In this document: piece after piece, positions 20,976-31,845 of the stretch
How the letters are laid out: each line of letters begins with the position of its first letter
Position numbering within the stretch: the first letter of the stretch is position 1
Source of the DNA: Candidatus Latescibacterota bacterium
Lineage (GTDB): Bacteria; Latescibacterota; UBA2968; UBA8231
Direction of reading: 5' to 3'
Assembly: GCA_965248355.1 (NCBI GenBank)
Contig: OZ252098.1
Location: forward strand, 3,200,001-3,264,000
Length of the DNA: 64,000 nt
Notes under the pieces: generated by a model
What the model was told of the DNA's origin: nothing
Databases searched by the model: none
What the model saw: the letters and a program-made list of their open reading frames with translations, nothing else
Made by a program: the position numbers and the translations under genes

Positions 20976-21902
20976 TCACCCCAACAGGCCGGCCAGCTTG
21001 AGGAGCACCGCCTTCTGGCTGTGCAGGCGGTTCTCGGCCTGGTCGAAGACCACGGACCGCGGGTCCTCGACCAGCTCGCTCTCGATCTCGTACCCGCGGT
21101 GGGCGGGCAGGCAGTGCATGATCAGCGGGTCCTGGCCGCGGAGCACGTCCCGGGTCAGCTGATAGGGCCTCAGGGTGCGCAGACGCCGCTCCCTCTCGGC
21201 GGCGAAGGCGGGATCGTCGAAGTACTCCATGTCGAGCCAGGTGTCGGTGTAGACCACGTCGCAGCCGGCCACGGCGGCGGCCAGATCGCCGGTCTCCACG
21301 TAACGGCCGGAAGCCCGCGCCTCGGCCAGCAACCCGTCGTCCACGGCGGCCTCGTTCACCTCGGGCGCCGCGACGGTGACGTGCATGCCGATCTTGAGGC
21401 CGGCGGCGATCAGAGAGTTCGCCACGTTGTTGTGGACGCCCACGTAGGTCAGTCTCACCCCCTCCAGGCGGCCCAGCTTCTCCCGCACCGTCTGCAGGTC
21501 GCACAGGGCCTGCAGCGGATGGTAGCGGTCGCAGCATCCGTTCATGACCGGGACCTCGGAGGCGGAGGCCGCGGTGACCACGTCGGCGTGCGCCAGGAAG
21601 CGGACCACGAGGAAGTCGAAGTAGCGGGACAGGACCCGGATCTCGTCGGACAGGTCGGCGAGGCCGAAGTTGGTGGCCCGCCAGTCGAGGTAGACCGACT
21701 GCCCGCCGAGCTGCCCCATGCCCACCTCGCCGGAGCAGCGGGTCCGGGTCGAGGTCTTCTGGAACAGCAACGCCAGGGAGCGCCCCTGCAGGGCCTCGGC
21801 GAAGCTGCCGGGATCGGCCTTGAGCCGCCGGCCGGCTTCGACGACCTGGAGGATGTCCCCGGCGCTCCAGTCCTTGAGGGTCACCAGGTGCCGGGGGCTC
21901 AC
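20976..21902 (-). CDS. argF: Ornithine carbamoyltransferase
   Basis: STRT, HPLQ, HCLP and QAENR motifs. GTG start at 21902 overlaps the upstream stop. Confidence 0.9.
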   Translation of the reverse strand: MSPRHLVTLKDWSAGDILQVVEAGRRLKADPGSFAEALQGRSLALLFQKTSTRTRCSGEVGMGQLGGQSVYLDWRATNFGLADLSDEIRVLSRYFDFLVVRFLAHADVVTAASASEVPVMNGCCDRYHPLQALCDLQTVREKLGRLEGVRLTYVGVHNNVANSLIAAGLKIGMHVTVAAPEVNEAAVDDGLLAEARASGRYVETGDLAAAVAGCDVVYTDTWLDMEYFDDPAFAAERERRLRTLRPYQLTRDVLRGQDPLIMHCLPAHRGYEIESELVEDPRSVVFDQAENRLHSQKAVLLKLAGLLG

Positions 21903-22873
21903 GGCAGAAATTCCTCCACGGCGGCCAGCAGGCGCGAACGGACCACCTCGGGCTCTCCCTCGATGCGGCAGCCCGCGGCCTGGGGGTGCCCCCCGCCGCC
22001 GAAGTGGCGGGCCACGGCGCTCACGTCCACGGCCTCGCGCGACCGCAGGCTGACGCGGAACCGCACCGGCTCCTCCTCCCTGAGCAGGGCCGCCACCTCC
22101 ACGCCCCTCACCATCAGGCCGTAGTTGACGACCGCCTCGGGGTCGCCGTGAGCCAGCTCCTCCCGGCGCAGCCCCAACAGGGCGACGCGGTCCCCGCAGT
22201 GCAGCTCCATGGAGTCGATGGCGCGCCCGAGCAGCTTGACCGAGCCCAGGGTGGCATTGCTGTAGAGCCCGTCGGCGACCCGGTCGAGCCGGGCGCCCCG
22301 GCGCAGCAGATCGGCGCCCACCTCCATCGACGTGGGGGTGGTCAGGGAATAGCGGAAGCAGCAGGTGTCGAAGAGGAGGCCCGCGCTCAGGAGCTCGGAC
22401 AGGGTCCGGTCGAGCTCCAGGCCCATGTGCAGGGCCAGGTGATAGAGCATCTCGCAGGTGGAGGAGACGGCGTCGGAGGCCAGGTTCACGGCGCCGAAGC
22501 GCTGGTTGTCCGGGTGGTGGTCGATGTTGAGCACCGAGGCGCCGGCGGCCAGGCATCCCGCCACCCGGCCGGTGCGCTCGAGATTCGAGCAGTCGAGGAC
22601 GACGGCCCGTCCGTGGCCGCCGGGCGCGGCGAGGGCCTCGACGATGCCGTCGGTCCCCGGGAGAAAGGCATAGGCATCGCCGGGCCGCTCCTGCAGGACC
22701 ACGGTCGAGCGCTTGCCGAGTTGCCGCAGCAGGCCCTCCATGGCCAGGACGGCGCCGATGGCATCGCCGTCGGCATTGACGTGGGCGGTGATCAGGAAGT
22801 CGTCCCCGGCGCGCAGAAAGGCGGCGGCGGCATCGAGATCGGAGACCGGGATCGGTGTGGGCCGGTCCGGCAT
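21899..22873 (-). CDS. nrnA: DHH/DHHA1 phosphoesterase (NrnA-like)
   Basis: H.NADGDA, IDHH, SLRS and GGGH..AAG. Confidence 0.9.
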   Translation of the reverse strand: MPDRPTPIPVSDLDAAAAFLRAGDDFLITAHVNADGDAIGAVLAMEGLLRQLGKRSTVVLQERPGDAYAFLPGTDGIVEALAAPGGHGRAVVLDCSNLERTGRVAGCLAAGASVLNIDHHPDNQRFGAVNLASDAVSSTCEMLYHLALHMGLELDRTLSELLSAGLLFDTCCFRYSLTTPTSMEVGADLLRRGARLDRVADGLYSNATLGSVKLLGRAIDSMELHCGDRVALLGLRREELAHGDPEAVVNYGLMVRGVEVAALLREEEPVRFRVSLRSREAVDVSAVARHFGGGGHPQAAGCRIEGEPEVVRSRLLAAVEEFLP

Positions 22874-22881
22874 GGGGCGGC

Positions 22882-23643
22882 TCAGCGGCACAGGACGAAG
22901 TGGACGCGGTCGCAGAGGTCCGAGCCCGGGCGCAGGCTGAAGCCGTCGAGGAGCTCGACCAGGTCGAAGGGACCGGCGTCGACGGCGGCGGTCAGCTCGC
23001 CGCAGTCGTAGATGCGCTGCACGTGAGTCTCCCGGGTCCGGGATCCATCGTCGAACCGGATGTCGAAGTCGTTGTGCTGGAGTCGCTCGCCGGCCGCGTA
23101 GTGACTGTGCCGGCTGTAGCTGAATCCCCGGCCCTGCTCGGCGCTGCGCACCTCCCTGAAGTGACGCAGGGAGTTCTGCTCGGTGCAGACGTCGAAGATA
23201 AAAAGCCCGCCCTCCGACAGCACGCCGTGGACCTGGTCCAGCGCCTCCCGGACCTGGTCGAGGGTCACCAGGTAGTTGAGGCTGTCGTAGAGGCAGACCG
23301 CGGCGCCGTACTCGCCGACCCCCGAGAGATCCCGCAGATCGCGGACCCCGAAACGCACGTCCCGCTCCTGCCGGGAGGCCTTGTCCCGGGCCACCTGGAT
23401 CATCGCCTCGGAGGCGTCGTACCCGGTGAGGCGGTAGCCCGCCTTCGCCAGGGCGAAGGAGGCGTTGCCCGTGCCGCAGGCCAGCTCCAGGAGGCGGGCC
23501 GGCTCGCAGTGATGGCGGCGCAGCAGGGAGGCGACGTAACCGGCCCAGGCTGCGTAGTCCACGTGACGCATGACGAAGTCGTAGATCGACGCCAGGCCTT
23601 CGTAGGGGCGCCGCTTCAGGAGGGCGGGCTCAGGGCTCGTCAT
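22882..23643 (-). CDS. Class I SAM-dependent methyltransferase
   Basis: LELACGTG, DSLNY, GGLFIFD. Confidence 0.9.
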   Translation of the reverse strand: MTSPEPALLKRRPYEGLASIYDFVMRHVDYAAWAGYVASLLRRHHCEPARLLELACGTGNASFALAKAGYRLTGYDASEAMIQVARDKASRQERDVRFGVRDLRDLSGVGEYGAAVCLYDSLNYLVTLDQVREALDQVHGVLSEGGLFIFDVCTEQNSLRHFREVRSAEQGRGFSYSRHSHYAAGERLQHNDFDIRFDDGSRTRETHVQRIYDCGELTAAVDAGPFDLVELLDGFSLRPGSDLCDRVHFVLCR

Positions 23644-23923
23644 CGAAGGACAGGACCTCCGCCGGCAGGGGCTCGCGGCGAAGCTCGCGCAGGTAGCGGG
23701 ACCGCGCCGGGCGCGCCACCGGCCGCTGGGGCAGGTCGAGGACCTCCACCTGCAGGCGGTGGCCGCCGGCCTCGACCTCCAGTACCTCGCCCACGCGCAC
23801 GGTTCGGGATCCCCGCGCCGGAGCTCCGTCGATGCGGACCCGGCCCTCGTCACAGGCCCGCCGCGCCTGGGAGCGGGCCTTGAACAGACCCGCGTTCTTC
23901 AGGAAGGCGTCGAGGCGCGCCAA
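23630..23923 (-). CDS. S4-domain RNA-binding protein (Hsp15/RqcP-like)
   Basis: RLDAFL...LFKARSQA...GRV...V.VGEVL. Confidence 0.88.
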   Translation of the reverse strand: MARLDAFLKNAGLFKARSQARRACDEGRVRIDGAPARGSRTVRVGEVLEVEAGGHRLQVEVLDLPQRPVARPARSRYLRELRREPLPAEVLSFDDEP

Positions 23924-23927
23924 GGGC

Positions 23928-25277
23928 TCAGCCGTCTTCCCCGGGAGCCTCCCCCACGACGGCGTCTTCCGGCGGCGGATCGTCGCCTTCCGACCGCAGG
24001 GGGTCCCAGAGCCAGTCGTCCTCGAGGCGTTCCTCCACGTGGATCTCCTGGCGGTAGTCCTGAATCACCTCCTCCATGCGCACGGCGACCCGGTCCTCGC
24101 GAACCAGCGCCTCGAGGGTGGCGAAGTCGTCGTTGATCTTGAAGATGTGTCCGCCCGTGTCGAGGAGGACGGGCTCGCTCACGCCGCCGAGGCCCAGGTG
24201 GCCGATGAAGGGGATCAGGGCATTTGGGATGGCGCCGCGGTCGAGGATCTGCCACAGCCCTCCCTGTCGGGCCGACTGCGCGTCCTCCGAGTGGTCCCGC
24301 GCCAGCTGGGCGAAGTCCTCGCCGGCCAGCGCCCGCCGGCGCAGATCCTCGAGCCGGTCCCGCACCCGCTCCTGGTCGGCCTCGGTGGTCCGCGCCCGCA
24401 CCAGGATGTGGCTGACGCACATCTCCCCTTCCCGCTTCTCGTGCAGCAGGATCAGGTGAAAGCCGAAGCGCGTCAGCACCGGCTCGCTCGTCTCGCCGGG
24501 ACGCAGATCGATGGCGGCGCGCTCGAAATCGGCGGTCAGGGTGCCCGGCGAGAAGCATCCCAGGTCGCCGCCGCCGGCGGCGGTGCCGGGATCCTCCGAC
24601 AACTGGCGGGCCACGGCGGCGAACTCCTCTCCCGAGTCGAGGCGCTGCCGGATGCGGTCGATCCGTTCGCGGGCGGCGCTACGGACCTCCTCGGCGGGAG
24701 TCACCTTGAGGTTGACCTGGCTCACCGAGATCTTCGGCGGCAGGGAATCGAGCCAGGCCTCGCGGAAGGCCTCCACGTCGCGGCGCGTGATGTACTGCTG
24801 ATAGGCGAGCTGGGAGACCATCTGGTCGTAGAGCAGCCGGTGCCGGATGCGCTTGCGCTCCCGCGCCTTCAGCTGGCGCTCCGTCATCCCCGAGTTCTCC
24901 AGCAGCTGCTCCATCTCGCCGGGCGCCATGGAGGCGCGCATGCGTCCGATCTCGGAGTTCAGGTATTCCTCCACCTGGAGCGGATCGACCTCGATGCTGT
25001 CCTTCTGCGCCTTCTTGACGACCACCAGCTCGTCCACCATCTCCTCGAGGACCCGGCGGCGTTCGCCGGCCACCTCCACCGGGTCGAGGAAAGCCGGATT
25101 CCGCCCCTGCTGCTGCAGCTCGAGCAGCGTGCGCAGCTCCAGCTCCGACCAAAGCACCACCTGGTCGTCGACCACGGCCACGATGCGCTCCAGGAGCTCC
25201 GGCTCCGCCGGCGCCGGCGACGGCAGGAGAGCTCCCCAGGCGAGCAGGCCGAGGAGCCCGCGGAGCCGGCCGCTCAC
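23928..25277 (-). CDS. surA: SurA-like chaperone with two parvulin domains
   Basis: Signal peptide, RIVAVVD, two F..A...SED...GG.L motifs. GTG at 25277 overlaps the upstream stop. Confidence 0.85.
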   Translation of the reverse strand: MSGRLRGLLGLLAWGALLPSPAPAEPELLERIVAVVDDQVVLWSELELRTLLELQQQGRNPAFLDPVEVAGERRRVLEEMVDELVVVKKAQKDSIEVDPLQVEEYLNSEIGRMRASMAPGEMEQLLENSGMTERQLKARERKRIRHRLLYDQMVSQLAYQQYITRRDVEAFREAWLDSLPPKISVSQVNLKVTPAEEVRSAARERIDRIRQRLDSGEEFAAVARQLSEDPGTAAGGGDLGCFSPGTLTADFERAAIDLRPGETSEPVLTRFGFHLILLHEKREGEMCVSHILVRARTTEADQERVRDRLEDLRRRALAGEDFAQLARDHSEDAQSARQGGLWQILDRGAIPNALIPFIGHLGLGGVSEPVLLDTGGHIFKINDDFATLEALVREDRVAVRMEEVIQDYRQEIHVEERLEDDWLWDPLRSEGDDPPPEDAVVGEAPGEDG

Positions 25278-26086
25278 GGGGCCCCCAACAGGGCTTCGTC
25301 GATCTGCCATGTGTGGTCCTTTCGGAGGCGGTCGAGGAGGGAGTCGAGGCGCTCCCGGTGGCGCTCCCGGACCAGCTCCTCCTCGATGCGCTCCCGCACG
25401 CCGGCCTCGTTCAGGGAACGGAGACTGCCGGCCTTCTGGCGGTCGCGAAGACGCACGATGTGAAAGCCCCGCTTGGTGGCCACGACCCCGGAGACCTGCC
25501 CCGGCTGCAGGCTGACGCAGGCTTCCCAGAACTCGGGAAACCCCCGGGCGCCGAAGTAGCCGAGGTCACCCCCCGACGCCGCGGTCTCCGGGTCGAGGGA
25601 GTACTCGGACACCCGGGCCTCGAAGCCGCCAACGCGCAGCAGCTCCTGAAGCAGGCTCTCGGCGTCGCGCCGGGAGCCGACGAGGATGTGCTGCGCCCGG
25701 ATCTCGTCCTCCCCCCGCGTGAACTCCCCCGGGTTCCGGTCGTAGTAGCTGCGCACGTCCCTGTCGGTGATCTCGATGGGCTGGTTCTCGAACTCCCCGT
25801 CGAGGAAGGCGGCCACGATGACGTCCTGGCGGGCCTGCTCGACGAGACGCCGGATCCGCGGCCTCTCGTGCACTTGCCTCGCCATGGCCTCCTCGTAGAG
25901 CAGCTGCTGCCGGACCCAGTCCTCGACCAGCCGCCGGCGCTGCTCCCGGGTCGGGGCCTCGCCGGGGATCTGGCCGTCCAGCTCGAGCAGGGTCAGCGCC
26001 GACTCGCCCACGCGGGCCACCACCACCTCCCGCTGTGGGGAGGAGGAACAGCCGGCGAAGGCGCAGAGGAGAAGGACGATCCGCAC
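25274..26086 (-). CDS. PpiC-type peptidyl-prolyl isomerase lipoprotein
   Basis: Lipobox FAGC, AQHILV, GGDLGYF, GFHIV. Confidence 0.87.
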   Translation of the reverse strand: MRIVLLLCAFAGCSSSPQREVVVARVGESALTLLELDGQIPGEAPTREQRRRLVEDWVRQQLLYEEAMARQVHERPRIRRLVEQARQDVIVAAFLDGEFENQPIEITDRDVRSYYDRNPGEFTRGEDEIRAQHILVGSRRDAESLLQELLRVGGFEARVSEYSLDPETAASGGDLGYFGARGFPEFWEACVSLQPGQVSGVVATKRGFHIVRLRDRQKAGSLRSLNEAGVRERIEEELVRERHRERLDSLLDRLRKDHTWQIDEALLGAP

Positions 26087-26093
26087 CGGAGGG

Positions 26094-29000
26094 CTAGAGC
26101 AGTCGTTCCACAAGGTCGCGGGCCTTCTCCAGCCGCTCCTGCTCGTCCGGGGCGCGCAGGAAGGTCTCGATGGTGAGCCTTTCGCCGACGCTGAACTCCA
26201 GCTTGGAGGACGACTTCTCCACCAGCCGCCGGAGGTCGGCGGGGGCCATCTGCCGGGGGTCGGAGAAGGTCAGCCGGAACCGGGACTTCTGCAGCTGCAC
26301 GGCCGCCAGCCCGAGCTGCCGCGCCATGACCTTGATCTCCATGATGTGGAGCAGCGACGCCGCCTGCCACGGGAGGCGGCCGAAGCGGTCCTCCATCTCC
26401 TCGCGGACGGCCAGCAGGTCGGCGACGCGCGCGGCCCCGGCCAGGCGCTGGTAGAACTCCATCTTCAGGTCGGTGTCGGGCACGTATTCGTCGGGGAGGT
26501 AGGCGGTGACGGCGATCTTGATCTCGGGATCGGCCGTGTGCTCGACCCTCTCGCCCTTCAGCTCGCGCACGGCCTCGTCGAGGAGCCGCGTGTAGAGGTC
26601 GAAGCCGACGGCGGTGATGAACCCGTGCTGCTGCGCCCCCAGGAGGTTTCCGGCGCCGCGGATCTCCATGTCGCGCATGGCGATGTTGAATCCCGAGCCG
26701 AGGTCGGCGAACTCCTCCACGGCGCGCAGGCGCAGCCGCGACTTGCGGGTCAGCCGCTTGCCCTTGGGCACCAGCAGGTAGGCGAAGGCGCGCTCCTTCG
26801 AACGGCCCACGCGGCCCCGGATCTGGTAGAGCTGGGCCAGGCCCAGCATGTCGGCGCGGTTGACCAGGATCGTGTTCACGGAAGGGATGTCGATGCCGGA
26901 CTCGATGATCATGGTACTGACGAGGCAGTCGTACTTCCGTTCCAGGAAGTCGAGCATGATCCTCTCGAGCTGGCGGGCCGGCATCTGGCCGTGGGCCACG
27001 GCGAAGCGCACCTGGGGCAGCAGCTCCGACAGGTATTCGCCGAGCCGGTGGATCGACCGCACGCGGTTGTGGACGAAGTAGACCTGCCCCCCGCGCGCCA
27101 CCTCACGCTCGATGGCGGTTACGATGCGCCCCTCGTCGAAGGTGATGATCTCGGTGTGGATCGGCAGCCGGTCCTGGGGAGGCGTGTTGATCACCGACAT
27201 GTCGCGGGCCCCCATGAGGGACATGTGGAGGGTCCGCGGGATCGGCGTGGCCGTGAGGGTGATGACGTCGACCTGACGCTTGAGCTGCTTCAGGCGCTCC
27301 TTGTGGCGCACTCCGAAGCGCTGCTCCTCGTCGACCACCAGCAGCCCCAGGTCCCGGAAGCGGATGTCCCGGCTCAGGATGCGGTGGGTGCCGATCAGGA
27401 CGTCCACCTTGCCCGCCTTCACATCCTCGACGACCTGCTTCTGCTCCCGGGCCGTGCGGAACCGGGACAGGACTTCCACCCTCACCGGGAAGGGCTCCAT
27501 GCGCTCGGAGAACACCTGCAGGTGCTGCTGCGCCAGGATCGTCGTCGGCACCAGCACCGCCACCTGCTTGTGATCGCACACGGCCTTGAAGGCGGCGCGC
27601 ACCGCGACCTCCGTCTTGCCGTAGCCCACGTCGCCGCAGACGAGACGGTCCATGGGATGGGGTTCCTCCATGTCCCGCTTCACCTCTTCCACCGTGCGCA
27701 GCTGGTCCGGCGTCTCGTGGAAGGGGAAGGAGGCCTCCAACTCGCGCAGCATGGGCGAGTCCCCGGAAAACCCCACCCCCGGCAGGGACTTGCGCTCGGC
27801 GTAGAGCTGGATCAGCTCGGCCGCCGCCTTGAAGATCTCCTCGCGGGTGCGCTCCTTGAGCTTCTCCCAGGCCCCCGAGCCGAGCTTGCTGAGCAGCGGT
27901 GGGGCGCCGTCGGCGCTGCTGTAGCGCCGCAGACGGTCGAGCTGCTCCACGGGCACGAAGAGCTTGTCCCGGCCCTGGTAGGAGACCTCCAGGCAGTCGT
28001 GGTCGCGGTTGGAGATCGTCAGCCGGCGCAGGCCGAGGTAGCGGCCGATGCCGTGGTCCACGTGGACGACGAAGTCGCCGCGGCCCAGGGCGTCGAAGGA
28101 GGAGATCGGTTTGGCCGCCTTGAAGCGCCGGTAGCGGTGGCGGCTCTTGTTGCGCGAGAAGATCTCGTGATCGTTGAGGATCGCCACCTTCGCCTCGGGG
28201 AAGACGAAGCCGCGGCTCAGATTGCCGAGGCCGAAGACGGCATCGTCGGCCCACTCGGCGAAGATCTCCTGCAGGCGGCTCGACTGGCCCCGAGTCTCGC
28301 TGAGGATGTGGACCTCGTAGCCCTCCCCGGCCAGCCGGGTGATCTCCTCCTTGAGGACGGTCAGCTCGCCGTGCACGATGCGCGGCTCGGTGGCGCCGAA
28401 GCGAACGGCGCCCCCGGACTGGCCCACCGGTGCGGTCCGCACGCGGGGGTGCCGGGCCACCTGCTCGTTGAGCCAGGCCGTCTCCCGCACCAGGCGCTCC
28501 GGCGGCAGGTGGGTGCCGCGGCCGGCGTGGCGGTCGTAGTCGCGCCGCGAGGGGGCCCGCAGCTTGTCGACCTCGGTGCCGATGTCGTCGGCCTCGTCCG
28601 CCCAGACCACGGTATCGGCGCCGAGATACTCGAAGAGGCCGTCGCTGGCGCCGTAGAGCACGCTCATGACCGCCTCGATGCCCTCGAGGGTGGCGGTGCC
28701 GAGCTCGATCTGGTCCTTGATGTCGGTGAGGTCGACGCCGGTCTCCGTCTCCGCGCGCTCGAGGTTGGGCACGAAATCGTCGAAGAAGGGCCGGTGCAGG
28801 ACGACCTCGCGCGCCGGCAGCACGGCCGCCTCGGGGCAGGCCTCAAGGGACCGCTGAGTGGCCACGTCGAAGGTGCGGATCGACTCGATCTCGTCGTCGA
28901 AGAACTCCAGGCGCAGCGGGTGCTCGACCCCGGGGGGATAGATGTCGAGGATACCGCCGCGGGAGCTGAACTGCCCGAGGCCGTCGATGATGGGCACGCG

Positions 29001-29504
29001 CTCGAAGCCGGCGTCCACGAGATGGGAGACCAGGCCGTCGAGGGCCTGGATCTGGCCGCTGGCCAAGCGCAGCGTGGACCGTTCGAGGACGGCGGCCGGA
29101 ATCAGCGGTCCGAGCAGGGCCGCCGCGGGCGCGACCACGATCGCCGGGGCGCCGTCGGCCAGCCGCGCCGCGGCCTCGACGCGCAACGCCGAGACCTCCA
29201 CGTCCGGCGAGCGTCCGTCGTAGAGGTCGACGTCCCACATGGGGAAGTAGCGGACCACCTCCTCGCCGGCGATCGCCGTCAGGTCGTCGCGCCAGGCCTC
29301 GGCCCGGCTCTCGTCCGCCGCCAGGACCAGGATCGATCGCCCCAGCTCGCGCTGGGCCGCGGTCAGCAGGAAGGCGCCGAGGCTCGCCGGCAGGCCCTGG
29401 ACCAGGACCTCCTCCTCGCGGGCAAGGCGGTCCAGGACCTCTCGCACGGGAGCGGACTGGGCGGTCGTTCGGGCGACGGGATCGAGAGCGGGGGCAACGG
29501 CCAA
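26094..29504 (-). CDS. mfd: Transcription-repair coupling factor
   Basis: [44 protein letters not shown]-terminus. Start is uncertain (TTG at 29504). Confidence 0.97.
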   Translation of the reverse strand: MAVAPALDPVARTTAQSAPVREVLDRLAREEEVLVQGLPASLGAFLLTAAQRELGRSILVLAADESRAEAWRDDLTAIAGEEVVRYFPMWDVDLYDGRSPDVEVSALRVEAAARLADGAPAIVVAPAAALLGPLIPAAVLERSTLRLASGQIQALDGLVSHLVDAGFERVPIIDGLGQFSSRGGILDIYPPGVEHPLRLEFFDDEIESIRTFDVATQRSLEACPEAAVLPAREVVLHRPFFDDFVPNLERAETETGVDLTDIKDQIELGTATLEGIEAVMSVLYGASDGLFEYLGADTVVWADEADDIGTEVDKLRAPSRRDYDRHAGRGTHLPPERLVRETAWLNEQVARHPRVRTAPVGQSGGAVRFGATEPRIVHGELTVLKEEITRLAGEGYEVHILSETRGQSSRLQEIFAEWADDAVFGLGNLSRGFVFPEAKVAILNDHEIFSRNKSRHRYRRFKAAKPISSFDALGRGDFVVHVDHGIGRYLGLRRLTISNRDHDCLEVSYQGRDKLFVPVEQLDRLRRYSSADGAPPLLSKLGSGAWEKLKERTREEIFKAAAELIQLYAERKSLPGVGFSGDSPMLRELEASFPFHETPDQLRTVEEVKRDMEEPHPMDRLVCGDVGYGKTEVAVRAAFKAVCDHKQVAVLVPTTILAQQHLQVFSERMEPFPVRVEVLSRFRTAREQKQVVEDVKAGKVDVLIGTHRILSRDIRFRDLGLLVVDEEQRFGVRHKERLKQLKRQVDVITLTATPIPRTLHMSLMGARDMSVINTPPQDRLPIHTEIITFDEGRIVTAIEREVARGGQVYFVHNRVRSIHRLGEYLSELLPQVRFAVAHGQMPARQLERIMLDFLERKYDCLVSTMIIESGIDIPSVNTILVNRADMLGLAQLYQIRGRVGRSKERAFAYLLVPKGKRLTRKSRLRLRAVEEFADLGSGFNIAMRDMEIRGAGNLLGAQQHGFITAVGFDLYTRLLDEAVRELKGERVEHTADPEIKIAVTAYLPDEYVPDTDLKMEFYQRLAGAARVADLLAVREEMEDRFGRLPWQAASLLHIMEIKVMARQLGLAAVQLQKSRFRLTFSDPRQMAPADLRRLVEKSSSKLEFSVGERLTIETFLRAPDEQERLEKARDLVERLL

Positions 29505-29659
29505 AGGCTGTATGTAGCTGGAAATGAAGGCGTTGCAGCGGCTTGGGAGAAAGGGGCCGCGGCGGAGGAGGAAAAGGCCTAAAATAGTCGGACCCCGCAA
29601 AGCCTGTCAACGCGGGGCCGTCTCCGGAGTCCGGGGACGCCGGAAAGGAGCCGAGCCGC

Positions 29660-30244
29660 TTGCAGCGCCCCAGCCACTTCTTCGCCTACCTGGCGCGCAT
29701 GAAATACATCGCCCGGTGGGGGGTCATGCGCAACACGCGCACCGAGAACATACAGGAGCACAGCCTGCAGGCAGCCATGATCGCCCATGGCCTGGCGCTG
29801 ATCTCCCGGGAGGTCTTCGGGCGCCAGGTGGACCCGGAGAGAGCGATGGCCCTGGCCGTGTTTCACGAGGTGAGCGAGGTGATCACCGGCGACCTGCCGA
29901 GCCCGATCAAGCACCACGACCCGACCCTGCGCTCGGCCTATGGACGCATCGAGGAGTCGGCCCGCCAGCGCCTCTTGCAGATGCTGCCCGAAGAGCTGCG
30001 CGAAGCCTACCGGCCGCTGCTGATGGCCGGCGAGGAGGACGAGCACGCCCGGCTGGTGAAAGCCGCCGACAAGCTCTGCGCCTACCTCAAGTGCGTGGAG
30101 GAGATGAAGAGCGGCAACCAGGAGTTCGCCCGCGCCAAGGCGACTCTGGAGGCCGAGATCGAGGCCCTCGACCTGCCCGAGGTGGCCTGGTTCCTGGAGC
30201 GCTTCGCCCCCGGCTTCTCCCTCACCCTGGACGAGTTGACGTGA
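29660..30244 (+). CDS. yfbR: 5'-deoxynucleotidase (HD family)
   Basis: RW..MRN...ENIQEHS, TGDLPSPIK, KAADKL.AYLKC.EE. The HD motif appears as HE. Confidence 0.9.
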   Translation: MQRPSHFFAYLARMKYIARWGVMRNTRTENIQEHSLQAAMIAHGLALISREVFGRQVDPERAMALAVFHEVSEVITGDLPSPIKHHDPTLRSAYGRIEESARQRLLQMLPEELREAYRPLLMAGEEDEHARLVKAADKLCAYLKCVEEMKSGNQEFARAKATLEAEIEALDLPEVAWFLERFAPGFSLTLDELT

Positions 30245-30993
30245 TGGACGCGCGGCTGGCCGACCTCGGCCTCGAGCAGGTGGAACTGAGCCCCGGCCAG
30301 AGGACCCGGCTCGACGAGCAGGGCTTCCTCATTCTGGAGGACATGATCGACCCTTCCTGGCTCGAGAAGCTCCGGCAGGCCTTCGAGGCGATCTGCGGGC
30401 GGGAGGGGGAGGCCGCCGGCAAGGAGGTGGCCCAGGTCGAAGGCGTGCGGAGGCTGGCCGACCTGGTCAACAAGAGCAAGGTCTTTGACGGGATCTACCT
30501 GCAGCCGGCGCTGCTGGCCGCCGTGTGGCATGTGCTGGGGCGTCCCTTCAAGCTGCACTCCCTCAACGCCCACGACCCCCTGCCCGGCCACGGCCAGCAG
30601 GAGCTGCACTCCGACTGGGGCGGCGAGCGCGGCGCCGGTTACCACTTGGTCAACTCCATGTGGATGCTCGACGACATGAGCGCCGACAACGGGGCCACCC
30701 GCATCGTGCCCGGCAGCCACCTTTTCCCCGGTGCCGTGGGCCGGGAGGTCTCCGACCGCCTGGCGCCCTACCCGGGCGAGGTCCTGCTGCAGGCCCCGGC
30801 CGGCTCGGTGGCGGTCTTCAACGGCAGCGCCTGGCACAGCTGCACCCGCAACCGCTCCGGGGCGCCGAGGCGCCTCCTGCACTGCGCCTTCATCGCCCGC
30901 GAGCACCCGCAGCAGACCGACCAGCGGGAGTACCTGAGGCCGGAGACCGGCCGGCGGCTGACGCCGCTGGCGCGCTACGTGCTGGATGTGTGA
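30244..30993 (+). CDS. PhyH-family Fe/2OG dioxygenase
   Basis: LHSD, NGATRIVPGSH, WH...NRS...R. Confidence 0.9.
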   Translation: MDARLADLGLEQVELSPGQRTRLDEQGFLILEDMIDPSWLEKLRQAFEAICGREGEAAGKEVAQVEGVRRLADLVNKSKVFDGIYLQPALLAAVWHVLGRPFKLHSLNAHDPLPGHGQQELHSDWGGERGAGYHLVNSMWMLDDMSADNGATRIVPGSHLFPGAVGREVSDRLAPYPGEVLLQAPAGSVAVFNGSAWHSCTRNRSGAPRRLLHCAFIAREHPQQTDQREYLRPETGRRLTPLARYVLDV

Positions 30994-31018
30994 AGTGGAC
31001 AATCACCCAGAGGGCCGA

Positions 31019-31405
31019 ATGCGCTTCAATGGAATCTGCATCATATCGCCCGACGTCCGGCGGCTTGCTGGATTCTACATCCAGGTGCTCGGTGCCGAGG
31101 GGACGGTCAACAGTACGTTCGTAGGCCTTGCCACCAAGGGCGCTGCGCTCTCCATCTTCTCTGAGGAAGGCATGGAAAGCATGGCATCCGGGAGCATGCA
31201 GGGCGCAGGTCGTGGCGGCTATACGATCGAGTTCGAGGTCGCCGGCGTAGATCGGCAGTACCAGCGGCTCCAGGCCATGCAGGTGCCGATCGTCAAGCCT
31301 CCGACCACCCAGTCGTGGGGTCGCCGGTCCGTCTGGTTTCGGGATCCGGACGGGAACATCGTCAACTTCTATGCGAACGTGGCGCCTCAGGGGGAGGCCG
31401 GCTGA
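31019..31405 (+). CDS. VOC/glyoxalase family protein
   Basis: FY..VLG, IEFEV, WGRRSVWFRDPDGN. Confidence 0.9.
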   Translation: MRFNGICIISPDVRRLAGFYIQVLGAEGTVNSTFVGLATKGAALSIFSEEGMESMASGSMQGAGRGGYTIEFEVAGVDRQYQRLQAMQVPIVKPPTTQSWGRRSVWFRDPDGNIVNFYANVAPQGEAG

Positions 31406-31845
31406 GGGTTGGCGTCTCCTGACGACCCTTGGCGCTGAGTCAGTCCTCCCCGAGGATCCTGGAATCATCCCGTCCGGTGGGCGGTCTGGCCAAAGAAGAC
31501 GTCCCTGAGGACTCCCTTACGGGCGACCGGATGCCAGGGGGTCCCACGGATTCTTGGCGGCCATCCCTTTCAAGGCCCTCCACCGCTTCTATCGGCTCCT
31601 TGTCCGGCCTCCGCAGGGACGAAATAGTCTCTTCCGTGGGAAAGAAAAGCCTTAAGCTTGACTCCCTCGTAGAAACCCGGTTGTTGGCGAGGCGGTTTGT
31701 TCTCTGAGTTGAATGTTCGTCAGGCGGGGGATCGAGGGGGGCCAGGGCAGGAGAGCGGCGATGGGACGACTCTTGGCCAGAGAGCCTCGAAGCGGCCTTC
31801 TGCGAGGCCCTGTGAGGCCTTCCGACCGGCCCCGCGGGCCGGCCT

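Noticed and set aside
26346..29582. 1078-aa plus-strand ORF
   Set aside because: Antisense shadow of mfd, typical of high-GC DNA. The same applies to most overlapping Arg/Pro/Gly-rich ORFs in the track.
31090..31101. ggtgccgagg as an att duplicate of the tRNA 3' end
   Set aside because: The match is too short and lies inside the VOC gene.
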